A stretch of 64,000 nucleotides of DNA, taken from Laetmonice hystrix (Eukaryota). Below, in pieces: positions 63,001 through 64,000 of the stretch (the stretch's first letter is position 1; each line of letters opens with the position of its first letter). The notes under the pieces were generated by a model that worked only from the letters and a program-made list of their open reading frames with translations, did no database searches and was not told where the DNA came from. Where the stretch lies: NCBI GenBank assembly GCA_965235115.1, contig OZ249436.1, forward strand, positions 11,408,001 to 11,472,000. Reading direction: 5' to 3'. The translations under genes and the position numbers were made by a program.

Positions 63001-63833
63001 TCAGTGAGCCGTGGGCCTGGAAATGGTTCACACAGAAAGTGTCACTAAGTGACCTGTAATTCGCCCTCACCTGGTCAGGATCCCGGACGATGAGTCGGAG
63101 AGCGGCGGCCCCGAGCAGGTCAGTGACGAGCGTGTTCTTCTGAGCGTTCTCGTAGATGTAACCAGTAAAATCTCTCAGAGAACTGGTGATCACTGGTGCT
63201 GCCTCGTTAGTCGGTGTCACCTGGATGACCAGGTCGGCCGTCGTATAGCGCACGTTCTGTGATACCTCCTGGGCCTGCAGTCAATGTAGTTCACATCAGT
63301 GTTAGATTTCGGAGAACTTACTGCATGGTTTCTCCAAACATAGTCAGGACGAAATCAGGTTCTATTTGTCCTTTGAAACTAAGTGATAGCTAAGAGACGG
63401 AGTGAAAAGAAAGTGGTATGTTGTGACTTACTCTGATGGTGAGTGTGATTGACCGGGTGTTTTGTCTGTCGATGGCCTTCAGCTGGGTGACCGCCCCAGT
63501 GTTACTATCAACGCTAAAACTATCTCTATAGTCTGATGGGAAGGCTGTAAATAAACAAGTTACGTTTGTCGTAAAATAATATCTACCCGACATCAACAAT
63601 CAGGGAATGTGACATACCGCATATACTACATGACAGTACTTTCTCATCTACGTCATACAGCAGATACATTACAGAGGAAAGAAAAAAAGGGAAAACACAA
63701 CCAGGCATTTGGTTATCACTGATCATAAAGAGTGGCAGACGTTACCTCTCACTAGACTGTACTGAATCGGATAATTTAATGTGTCCATGTCCTTAGCCTT
63801 AATTGCCTCTGGTTCCACGGTGAGTTGACCAGT
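1..63833 (-). CDS. Giant multi-exon cadherin-superfamily gene (partial at both ends; ~118 exons, ~65 EC repeats)
   Basis: Consecutive GT-AG bounded exons join in frame into cadherin repeats (PE, DxD, Y-x-I-x-G, F-x-I-x-x-x-TG, A-x-D-x-G-x-P motifs); intron phases are compatible at every junction checked; no TM segment or stop seen. Confidence 0.93.
246..431 (-). CDS. cadherin exon E117 (A)
   Basis: IQVSARDGKVP...RDQYLP...NDRDRA. Confidence 0.87.
558..680 (-). CDS. cadherin exon E116 (B)
   Basis: DSLKYSITG...FFYINADTG...TLYN. Confidence 0.87.
779..961 (-). CDS. cadherin exon E115 (A)
   Basis: LRIVAYDSASP...RNENGP...TDLDG. Confidence 0.89.
1182..1496 (-). CDS. cadherin exon E114 (A+B fused)
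   Basis: LRIQATDNRDP...RDESKP...DRDLRGSMKY...TKYT. Confidence 0.9.
1701..2399. repeat. 35-bp minisatellite, ~20 copies, each containing a copy of the E113 donor (G|GTAAGT on minus)
   Basis: unit ttttacttaccgactctccctgagacagtgttgtg. Confidence 0.95.
2400..2522 (-). CDS. cadherin exon E113 (B)
   Basis: DEVRYMLIG...FFYMNPLTG...KQYT. Confidence 0.86.
2846..3028 (-). CDS. cadherin exon E112 (A)
   Basis: LRVQVYDSSNP...RNVNGP...TDRDG. Confidence 0.89.
3192..3311 (-). CDS. cadherin exon E111 (B)
   Basis: GVLMYEVVGNLSAPSYF...TRYV. Confidence 0.86.
3519..3707 (-). CDS. cadherin exon E110 (A)
   Basis: FTIRARDQSNP...RDQYPP...QDQDLK. Confidence 0.89.
3881..4015 (-). CDS. cadherin exon E109 (B; NAGNAG acceptor, 4015 or 4012)
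   Basis: KDVIQYEIV...YFWINPDTG...NRYA. Confidence 0.86.
4129..4311 (-). CDS. cadherin exon E108 (A)
   Basis: LRVAAYDSANP...RNEFTP...TDRDA. Confidence 0.89.
4503..4631 (-). CDS. cadherin exon E107 (B)
   Basis: GELIYEAVGLYPARQYF...SSYT. Confidence 0.86.
4833..5015 (-). CDS. cadherin exon E106 (A)
   Basis: LLVQATDGRG...RDEEPP...EDSDLK. Confidence 0.88.
5129..5142 (-). promoter_or_regulatory. CTCF-like motif
   Basis: CCGCCAGAGGGCAG on minus. Confidence 0.45.
5188..5421. repeat. 58-bp tandem repeat x4 duplicating the E105 3' end and donor
   Basis: cttactctgtat at 5236, 5294, 5352, 5410. Confidence 0.92.
5415..5537 (-). CDS. cadherin exon E105 (B)
   Basis: DKVTYSMV...FFLLEESTG...NAYR. Confidence 0.87.
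5752..5940 (-). CDS. cadherin exon E104 (A)
   Basis: LNLVSYDSEFP...RNVNGP...RDADST. Confidence 0.89.
5983..6523. repeat. 19-bp minisatellite with 13-bp truncated variants
   Basis: unit ataggtctaccagtacaat. Confidence 0.95.
6530..7430. repeat. GC-rich variable-length satellite with internal (CAG)n runs, roughly 25-30 units
   Basis: core ggcctgaggacagggggcagcagc. Confidence 0.95.
7440..7580 (-). CDS. cadherin exon E103 (B)
   Basis: GEMLYEIAGVYPAPSFF...ANYQ. Confidence 0.87.
7607..7623 (-). promoter_or_regulatory. CTCF-like motif
   Basis: GCCGCTAGGTGGCGCTG on minus. Confidence 0.5.
8457..8470. promoter_or_regulatory. RFX X-box-like motif
   Basis: GTTTCCATAGCAAC fits GTHNYYATRRNAAC. Confidence 0.3.
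9302..9490 (-). CDS. cadherin exon E102 (A)
   Basis: LTVQASDQALP...RDNQPP...SDANRQ. Confidence 0.89.
10380..10966. repeat. 49/50-bp minisatellite, ~12 copies, mid-intron
   Basis: unit gggaatgtaccggctcatggtatacaagtacgtatgggccatctgaaca. Confidence 0.95.
11847..11969 (-). CDS. cadherin exon E101 (B)
   Basis: DIIRYSLVG...FFYINPTTG...ATYT. Confidence 0.89.
12260..12442 (-). CDS. cadherin exon E100 (A)
   Basis: LRVTAVDDQDP...RNANAP...TDSDG. Confidence 0.89.
12573..13032. repeat. 42-bp minisatellite, ~11 copies, starting ~6 nt after the E99 donor
   Basis: unit tgtgttgagttgtaatgctagcagtgagtgtatcaagttcta. Confidence 0.95.
13038..13187 (-). CDS. cadherin exon E99 (extended B)
   Basis: VAAEDQDLVGKIQF...PAPTYF...TVYT; in-frame TGA just upstream fixes the acceptor. 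Confidence 0.82.
13414..13572 (-). CDS. cadherin exon E98 (shortened A)
   Basis: LNIEVCDDNVPQKC...RQQSSP...SSIFK; donor gtcggt inferred from phase. Confidence 0.8.
13705..13827 (-). CDS. cadherin exon E97 (B)
   Basis: DQITYELIG...FYINPDSG...NTFT. Confidence 0.89.
14021..14203 (-). CDS. cadherin exon E96 (A)
   Basis: VRVVAYDTAY...RNEYAP...TDADK. Confidence 0.89.
14361..14375 (+). promoter_or_regulatory. CTCF-like motif
   Basis: CCACCAGGTGGCGCC. Confidence 0.5.
14432..14749 (-). CDS. cadherin exon E95 (A+B fused)
   Basis: LEIEASDQGTP...HDPDLMEKIKFEITGDYPAP...TLYR. Confidence 0.9.
16512..16526 (+). promoter_or_regulatory. CTCF-like motif
   Basis: CCACCAGGGGGACAC. Confidence 0.4.
16608..16769. 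mobile_element. MITE-like element (Tc1/mariner-pogo type)
   Basis: TA|cagtcaaacctcgt ... acgaggtctaattg|TA: imperfect 14-bp TIR with TA on both flanks. Confidence 0.55.
17284..17406 (-). CDS. cadherin exon E94 (B)
   Basis: DKIVYRAEG...YFHVDADTG...TGFE. Confidence 0.88.
17543..17557 (+). promoter_or_regulatory. CTCF-like motif
   Basis: CCACCAGGTGGCGCA. Confidence 0.5.
17647..17958 (-). CDS. cadherin exon E93 (B+A fused)
   Basis: GRIQYAIVGDFPAP...SYKIRVLAYD...RNENRP...TDPDG. Confidence 0.89.
19026..19211 (-). CDS. cadherin exon E92 (A)
   Basis: FAVRARDNRDP...RNNENP...RDRDIQ. Confidence 0.89.
19357..19494 (-). CDS. cadherin exon E91 (B)
   Basis: DQITYELPG...YFFVTPDTG...KQYT. Confidence 0.86.
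19669..19851 (-). CDS. cadherin exon E90 (A)
   Basis: LRVTVHDSGNP...RNVNTP...TDADG. Confidence 0.89.
19969..20091 (-). CDS. cadherin exon E89 (B)
   Basis: GQLKYRIIGDPPSPNFF...PYYI. Confidence 0.87.
20243..20431 (-). CDS. cadherin exon E88 (A)
   Basis: FRVEAEDQGIP...RDEHSP...RDKDQK. Confidence 0.89.
20467..20832. repeat. 33-bp minisatellite, ~11 copies
   Basis: unit gtcttcccagaacgtcccccaaacctttcttta. Confidence 0.95.
20898..21020 (-). CDS. cadherin exon E87 (B)
   Basis: DPIEYKLL...FFYLNPETG...KEFT. Confidence 0.87.
21150..21332 (-). CDS. cadherin exon E86 (A)
   Basis: LKVIAFDTIYP...RNPNAP...TDADK. Confidence 0.89.
21412..21553. mobile_element. possible Helitron/Helentron-derived fragment
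   Basis: tattattatt start and perfect terminal hairpin agacccg-tag-cgggtct followed by gtt; family assignment is inference. Confidence 0.25.
21582..21710 (-). CDS. cadherin exon E85 (B)
   Basis: GNIEYSLIGEYPAQDFF...ATYV. Confidence 0.87.
21870..22067 (-). CDS. cadherin exon E84 (A)
   Basis: IQLRVRDQRDP...RDKQKP...TDQDKK. Confidence 0.87.
22047..22428. repeat. 76-bp tandem repeat x5 duplicating the E84 acceptor and first ~21 exon nt
   Basis: gttgtatctgg at 22061, 22137, 22213, 22289, 22365. Confidence 0.93.
22513..22635 (-). CDS. cadherin exon E83 (B)
   Basis: DTLQYSIRG...YYIDPITG...ENDE. Confidence 0.88.
22843..23025 (-). CDS. cadherin exon E82 (A)
   Basis: LPVTVYDSGRP...RNENAP...TDADG. 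Confidence 0.88.
23011..23508. repeat. 83-bp tandem repeat x6 duplicating the E82 acceptor and first ~15 exon nt
   Basis: taccgtca at 23011, 23094, 23177, 23260, 23343, 23426. Confidence 0.93.
23866..23994 (-). CDS. cadherin exon E81 (B)
   Basis: QSLRYSLL...FSIREDNG...VMYR. Confidence 0.86.
27289..27471 (-). CDS. cadherin exon E80 (A)
   Basis: FKVEASDQANPP...RDRPP...RDEDRK. Confidence 0.89.
27632..27754 (-). CDS. cadherin exon E79 (B)
   Basis: DVIVYRIIPK...FYLNPSTG...TEYR. Confidence 0.86.
27749..28575. repeat. 66/71-bp tandem repeat, ~12 copies, duplicating the E79 acceptor
   Basis: gacatcctgagatacaacaaaaacac repeated through the intron. Confidence 0.93.
28596..28781 (-). CDS. cadherin exon E78 (A)
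   Basis: LMVQATYQG...RNERQP...TDQDKH. Confidence 0.88.
28939..29067 (-). CDS. cadherin exon E77 (B)
   Basis: KNIQYSVVGTSNAPDYF...NSYL. Confidence 0.87.
29181..29357 (-). CDS. cadherin exon E76 (A, lacks DxD)
   Basis: VKVKATDAGVPP...RDEGDLKF...VRASPG. Confidence 0.88.
29532..29663 (-). CDS. cadherin exon E75 (B)
   Basis: APNNVLSYSISGEG...RDYR. Confidence 0.89.
29808..29993 (-). CDS. cadherin exon E74 (A)
   Basis: LRVLAEDGGTPP...RNLNSP...TDADTA. Confidence 0.89.
30137..30271 (-). CDS. cadherin exon E73 (B)
   Basis: EPFNKVKYTLIGDDSAPSFF...TTYI. Confidence 0.88.
30470..30664 (-). CDS. cadherin exon E72 (A)
   Basis: FRALAQDLAG...RNKNAP...RDSDRK. Confidence 0.88.
30807..30944 (-). CDS. cadherin exon E71 (B)
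   Basis: SPYNDLRY...YFMIDPETG...TSYS. Confidence 0.89.
31117..31302 (-). CDS. cadherin exon E70 (A)
   Basis: IRVVAKDGGTP...RNQFAP...TDRDTR. Confidence 0.88.
31282..31488. repeat. 51-bp tandem repeat x4 duplicating the E70 acceptor and first 21 exon nt
   Basis: atccttggcaaccac at 31282, 31333, 31384, 31435. Confidence 0.92.
31661..31792 (-). CDS. cadherin exon E69 (B)
   Basis: PEYKNITYEIVGDDAAPTYF...TDYQ. Confidence 0.88.
32074..32265 (-). CDS. cadherin exon E68 (A)
   Basis: ITVIAMDEGLP...RNLQTP...DDRDSD. Confidence 0.89.
32372..32860. repeat. 41-bp tandem repeat x12 duplicating the last 18 nt of E67 and its donor
   Basis: unit gtcgtttctgtgagacttactgtgtactgtttggtgttgag. Confidence 0.94.
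32843..32974 (-). CDS. cadherin exon E67 (B)
   Basis: TPHNKVHYEI...FLIDEKTG...KQYT. Confidence 0.88.
33342..33481. mobile_element. possible short TIR element with TTAA-like ends
   Basis: tgaagggagatttcaag ... cttgaaagtccccttaa, 13/17 inverted match. Confidence 0.3.
35109..35294 (-). CDS. cadherin exon E66 (A)
   Basis: LRVMVSDGGIPPC...RNVYAP...TDRDSQ. Confidence 0.89.
35418..35744 (-). CDS. cadherin exon E65 (A+B fused)
   Basis: IVVKARDLGTP...RNKNCP...DFDPQNTPFRKLNF...IQYK. Confidence 0.9.
35881..36204 (-). CDS. cadherin exon E64 (A+B fused)
   Basis: LRVLAADGGDP...RNLFAP...DQDTKAPHNVIRY...STYT. Confidence 0.9.
36318..36452 (-). CDS. cadherin exon E63 (B)
   Basis: APFNKVTYRIIGDNKAPTFF...TMYT. 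Confidence 0.89.
36579..36905 (-). CDS. cadherin exon E62 (B+A fused)
   Basis: KPYNDVYYEITG...TYSIKIRAYDGG...RNRQPP...TDQDKE. Confidence 0.9.
37054..37239 (-). CDS. cadherin exon E61 (A)
   Basis: IRVRVRDGGTP...RNFADPQW...KDSDRK. Confidence 0.89.
37330..37607. repeat. 93-bp tandem repeat x3 duplicating the 3' half of E60 and its donor, in frame
   Basis: donors after 37538, 37445, 37352; (VRTLSYHV-SINEAGDISVKRSLRETELEKLT)n is open. Confidence 0.93.
37538..37666 (-). CDS. cadherin exon E60 (B; alternative in-frame 3' ends at 37445 and 37352)
   Basis: GAFSDLTYDIIGDDTAPTYFSINEAG...EKLT. Confidence 0.85.
37915..38109 (-). CDS. cadherin exon E59 (A)
   Basis: LDIKATDGGNPPKVSSR...RNTNMP...RDRDTK. 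Confidence 0.89.
38113..38235. repeat. 38-bp tandem repeat x3 abutting the E59 acceptor
   Basis: unit aaaccggcgccacatcataatcacggcactaattacat. Confidence 0.85.
38426..38563 (-). CDS. cadherin exon E58 (B)
   Basis: APYNTFKF...YFMVNADTG...RTRYT. Confidence 0.87.
38809..38994 (-). CDS. cadherin exon E57 (A)
   Basis: VRVLARDGGTPP...RNLEAP...ADKDQK. Confidence 0.89.
39145..39276 (-). CDS. cadherin exon E56 (B)
   Basis: DIFRRVKYEIIGDDSAPVYF...TEYR. Confidence 0.87.
39559..39753 (-). CDS. cadherin exon E55 (A)
   Basis: PFTITATDQGKHP...RNDAAP...IKRNVD...KDTDTA. Confidence 0.86.
40012..40155 (-). CDS. cadherin exon E54 (B)
   Basis: RPYNVIRY...YFTVDAETG...KQYG. Confidence 0.86.
40192..40818. repeat. 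48/49-bp minisatellite, ~13 copies
   Basis: unit cacaccgaatcagtttgtcaactctaacgaaatctgactttaataacaa. Confidence 0.94.
40848..41033 (-). CDS. cadherin exon E53 (A)
   Basis: LRVVAVDGGSP...RNFQEP...RDRDKK. Confidence 0.89.
41160..41204. repeat. 33-bp two-copy duplication of the E52 3' end, second donor decayed
   Basis: gttgtagaagtc at 41160 and 41193. Confidence 0.7.
41193..41324 (-). CDS. cadherin exon E52 (B)
   Basis: APFNKVTYSLIGDDDGPTFF...DFYN. Confidence 0.89.
41612..41803 (-). CDS. cadherin exon E51 (A)
   Basis: LSVIAWDTGYP...RNLRAP...QDSDTA. Confidence 0.89.
43040..43162 (-). CDS. cadherin exon E50 (B)
   Basis: DSVYYEM...FFYVNRDTG...TDIR. Confidence 0.85.
43368..43550 (-). CDS. cadherin exon E49 (A)
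   Basis: IEAHVYDEANP...RNLNRP...TDKDK. Confidence 0.89.
43697..43819 (-). CDS. cadherin exon E48 (B)
   Basis: GTLIYDITGIVPAPYFF...FNYT. Confidence 0.87.
44015..44200 (-). CDS. cadherin exon E47 (A)
   Basis: FNIKASDKGVP...RDLKPP...RDDDKM. Confidence 0.89.
44309..44431 (-). CDS. cadherin exon E46 (B)
   Basis: DELEYTLIPK...VSYR. Confidence 0.89.
44608..44925 (-). CDS. cadherin exon E45 (B+A fused)
   Basis: DNVKYAILG...NYQLQVQAKRQF...RNEFAP...TDRDG. Confidence 0.9.
45286..45462 (-). CDS. cadherin exon E44 (A, lacks DxD)
   Basis: IKVVARDQGVP...RDRGTLRF...VVAAPG. Confidence 0.88.
45539..45553 (+). promoter_or_regulatory. CTCF-like motif
   Basis: CCACCAGGTGGCGCC. Confidence 0.5.
45698..45829 (-). 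CDS. cadherin exon E43 (B)
   Basis: APNNVIQYAIIGEG...SAYR. Confidence 0.89.
45994..46179 (-). CDS. cadherin exon E42 (A)
   Basis: LRIEARDGGTPP...RNLNAP...KDKDRE. Confidence 0.88.
46322..46456 (-). CDS. cadherin exon E41 (B)
   Basis: KPFRDVVLRLIGDDSAPTFF...TDYT. Confidence 0.86.
46519..46655. repeat. 37-bp tandem repeat x4
   Basis: atggtcacagtatgccgtccataggtaacggggtcga. Confidence 0.9.
46734..46746 (-). promoter_or_regulatory. CTCF-like motif
   Basis: CCGCTAGGTGGCG on minus. Confidence 0.42.
46780..46974 (-). CDS. cadherin exon E40 (A)
   Basis: VVIGAVDLGDP...RNMNAP...EDKDAM. Confidence 0.88.
47217..47348 (-). CDS. cadherin exon E39 (B)
   Basis: APDNELEYVVTGDTKA...TSYR. Confidence 0.87.
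47485..47670 (-). CDS. cadherin exon E38 (A)
   Basis: IRVVALDGGTPP...RNLKKP...SDSDKR. Confidence 0.89.
47879..48010 (-). CDS. cadherin exon E37 (B)
   Basis: APFNKITYEIIGDD...REYK. Confidence 0.87.
48003..48121. repeat. 58-bp two-copy duplication of the E37 acceptor and first 8 exon nt
   Basis: aatggtgcctacaaatgat at 48003 and 48061. Confidence 0.82.
48194..48382 (-). CDS. cadherin exon E36 (A)
   Basis: LNLYAIDKGVPP...RNKNSP...RDSDTR. Confidence 0.89.
48584..49210 (-). CDS. cadherin exon E35 (A+B+A+B fused, two EC repeats)
   Basis: FRVDATDLGTPP...ESYS, 627 nt uninterrupted. Confidence 0.92.
49328..49456 (-). CDS. cadherin exon E34 (B)
   Basis: YPHNVTRF...FFMIDEVSG...EKYE. Confidence 0.86.
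49605..49790 (-). CDS. cadherin exon E33 (A)
   Basis: IKILAKDGGTPP...RNLNRP...RDKDRV. Confidence 0.87.
50050..50181 (-). CDS. cadherin exon E32 (B)
   Basis: VPFNRVTYSIIGDDQAPAYF...TTYT. Confidence 0.88.
50363..50560 (-). CDS. cadherin exon E31 (A)
   Basis: LLVGATDLGLPEPC...RNENAP...TDRDTT. Confidence 0.88.
50654..50791 (-). CDS. cadherin exon E30 (B)
   Basis: TPFNQVRYTLYGD...KTYR. Confidence 0.87.
51019..51204 (-). CDS. cadherin exon E29 (A)
   Basis: LRVRAYDNGVP...RNLACPTW...NDRDTQ. Confidence 0.89.
51342..51473 (-). CDS. cadherin exon E28 (B)
   Basis: ETFEIIRYEVIGDDSAPSYF...TVYV. Confidence 0.88.
51615..51806 (-). CDS. cadherin exon E27 (A)
   Basis: IEVRAYDGGFPSKPSSR...RNKNAP...RDNDPK. 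Confidence 0.88.
51928..52065 (-). CDS. cadherin exon E26 (B)
   Basis: DPYKKVFYEIVGD...ERYR. Confidence 0.87.
52189..52380 (-). CDS. cadherin exon E25 (A)
   Basis: IRIEAADGDSPP...RNLEVP...LDKDRR. Confidence 0.87.
52697..52710 (-). promoter_or_regulatory. CTCF-like motif
   Basis: CCGATAGGTGGCGC on minus. Confidence 0.38.
52783..52911 (-). CDS. cadherin exon E24 (B)
   Basis: VPYNKVTYTIIGDDNAPTYF...EIYK. Confidence 0.89.
54310..54345. promoter_or_regulatory. pair of oppositely oriented CTCF-like motifs
   Basis: CCACTAGGTGGCACC (+, 54310-54324) and GCCGCCAGGGGGAG (-, 54332-54345). Confidence 0.45.
54407..54598 (-). CDS. cadherin exon E23 (A)
   Basis: LTIQARDKGMPSLSS...RNLNSP...IKRNVD...RDADIN. 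Confidence 0.89.
54726..54857 (-). CDS. cadherin exon E22 (B)
   Basis: EPHNVVQY...FFIVNEDTG...ARYS. Confidence 0.87.
55123..55440 (-). CDS. cadherin exon E21 (B+A fused)
   Basis: ERFGVVRYRIIGDD...EYQIRVEAFDNG...RNLNAP...TDTDQQ. Confidence 0.9.
55692..55880 (-). CDS. cadherin exon E20 (A)
   Basis: FRIIAKDLGTP...RNDNPP...NDRDPQ. Confidence 0.88.
55993..56130 (-). CDS. cadherin exon E19 (B)
   Basis: APNNQFFYEATGDTKA...KLYR. Confidence 0.88.
56422..56607 (-). CDS. cadherin exon E18 (A)
   Basis: IRVVAQDSGNPP...RNFFSPTW...RDRDRA. Confidence 0.89.
56831..56962 (-). CDS. cadherin exon E17 (B)
   Basis: EDFKTVTYGIIGDDTAPSFF...ELYR. Confidence 0.88.
57061..57255 (-). CDS. cadherin exon E16 (A)
   Basis: LEISAKDRGQP...RNTNDP...KDADTA. 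Confidence 0.88.
57450..57587 (-). CDS. cadherin exon E15 (B)
   Basis: APHKDVTY...YFMVNEDTG...RTRYT. Confidence 0.88.
57815..57994 (-). CDS. cadherin exon E14 (A)
   Basis: VRVRATDGG...RNLNAP...ADGDVQ. Confidence 0.86.
58146..58277 (-). CDS. cadherin exon E13 (B)
   Basis: APFNKIEFEIVGDGKAPRYF...LGYV. Confidence 0.88.
58384..58472. repeat. ~49-bp two-copy duplication of the E12 3' end, second donor decayed
   Basis: cggatataactcagt...cgttggtgt(t/c)cctgtccctg twice. Confidence 0.78.
58455..58640 (-). CDS. cadherin exon E12 (A)
   Basis: LTVMASDLGEPSLSS...RNNFAP...RDRDTN. Confidence 0.9.
58771..59031 (-). CDS. cadherin exon E11
   Basis: DQNDFTP...AEDKD...TSRYV (last canonical-type linker). Confidence 0.9.
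59211..59423 (-). CDS. cadherin exon E10
   Basis: AVDQDE...LDYE...SISVL. Confidence 0.88.
59672..59915 (-). CDS. cadherin exon E9
   Basis: FFTIGETNG...LDYE...DVEDVLP...TTVE; phase 2/0. Confidence 0.88.
60083..60273 (-). CDS. cadherin exon E8
   Basis: SATTT...DINDNSP...ATDAD...SSN; phase 0/2. Confidence 0.88.
60398..60488 (-). CDS. cadherin exon E7
   Basis: GVISTTKLLDRETKGSYALKIKAQDDNPER; phase 2/0. Confidence 0.88.
60607..60689 (-). CDS. cadherin exon E6
   Basis: ATDPEGD...FAIDRT; phase 0/2. Confidence 0.85.
60842..60932. repeat. 51-bp-period two-copy repeat near the E5 donor
   Basis: atctcctaggctgtgacccggcacactgagatc twice. Confidence 0.8.
60964..61290 (-). CDS. cadherin exon E5
   Basis: VEATDADD...DKNLGP...VFTVP. 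Confidence 0.88.
61534..61824 (-). CDS. cadherin exon E4
   Basis: TEDDPD...LDYE...DQNDNAP...PVVK. Confidence 0.88.
62457..63058. repeat. 45-bp minisatellite, ~13 copies, starting ~12 nt after the E3 donor
   Basis: unit gtgtcactcagtgagccgtgggcctggaaatggttcacagagaag. Confidence 0.95.
63071..63274 (-). CDS. cadherin exon E3
   Basis: AQEVSQ...PTNEAAP...IVRDPDQ. Confidence 0.85.
63432..63544 (-). CDS. cadherin exon E2
   Basis: FPSDYRDSFSVDSNTG...IDRQ...LTIR; phase 1/0. Confidence 0.85.
63746..63833 (-). CDS. cadherin exon E1
   Basis: TGQLTVEPEAIKAKDMDTLNYPIQYSLVR; ag/gt, phase 0/1. Confidence 0.8.
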
Positions 63834-64000
63834 CTGAAATAACAAATGTCATGTATGGAAGTCTCTCACGGAAACCAGAGGTATACTCTCAATGACAGAC
63901 TCGAGTTGGCACCACAACCATTAACAAAACTCACCTTACTGATTTTACTGGCATTTGTACGTGGGAATCAATTCTAAAATACGTTTATTTGACCCACAGA

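Noticed and set aside
1701-63058. CRISPR-like appearance of the 33-50 bp repeats
   Set aside because: Units are head-to-tail with no unique spacers, there are no cas genes, and the context is spliceosomal introns
62650-63059. 15-residue repeat ORFs on both strands
   Set aside because: 45-bp intronic minisatellite
1-63833. Assigning a gene symbol such as FAT4, DCHS or CDH23
   Set aside because: Repeat number and linker motifs do not match those genes, and diagnostic C-terminal domains are outside the window
63935-64000. Possible further exon upstream of a GTGAG donor at 63934
   Set aside because: The phase-0 frame contains TGA 12 codons upstream and has no cadherin motif

Overview
Eukaryotic (invertebrate bilaterian, probably spiralian - inferred) genomic DNA. 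The whole window lies inside one minus-strand gene encoding a giant cadherin. By hand I traced 118 GT-AG exons (about 20.8 kb of coding sequence, about 6,900 aa, about 65 extracellular cadherin (EC) repeats) that splice into one open frame. No start, transmembrane segment or stop is present in the window. The first ~6 repeats (63.8-58.8 kb) have mostly canonical DxNDN/LDRE-type Ca2+ motifs. The remaining ~59 have degenerate R-N-x-N-x-P or R-D-x-x-P-P linkers and are encoded by alternating phase-0 half-domain exons (A about 177-198 nt, B about 120-144 nt). The array is hierarchical: two types of two-domain unit, a duplicated block of about 18 domains, and two paralogous linkers that have lost all Ca2+ ligands. 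The introns carry about 20 unrelated minisatellites, 11 of which duplicate the exon-intron junction itself, plus about 10 CTCF-like motifs and short transposon remnants. All coordinates and counts were read manually and should be verified computationally.
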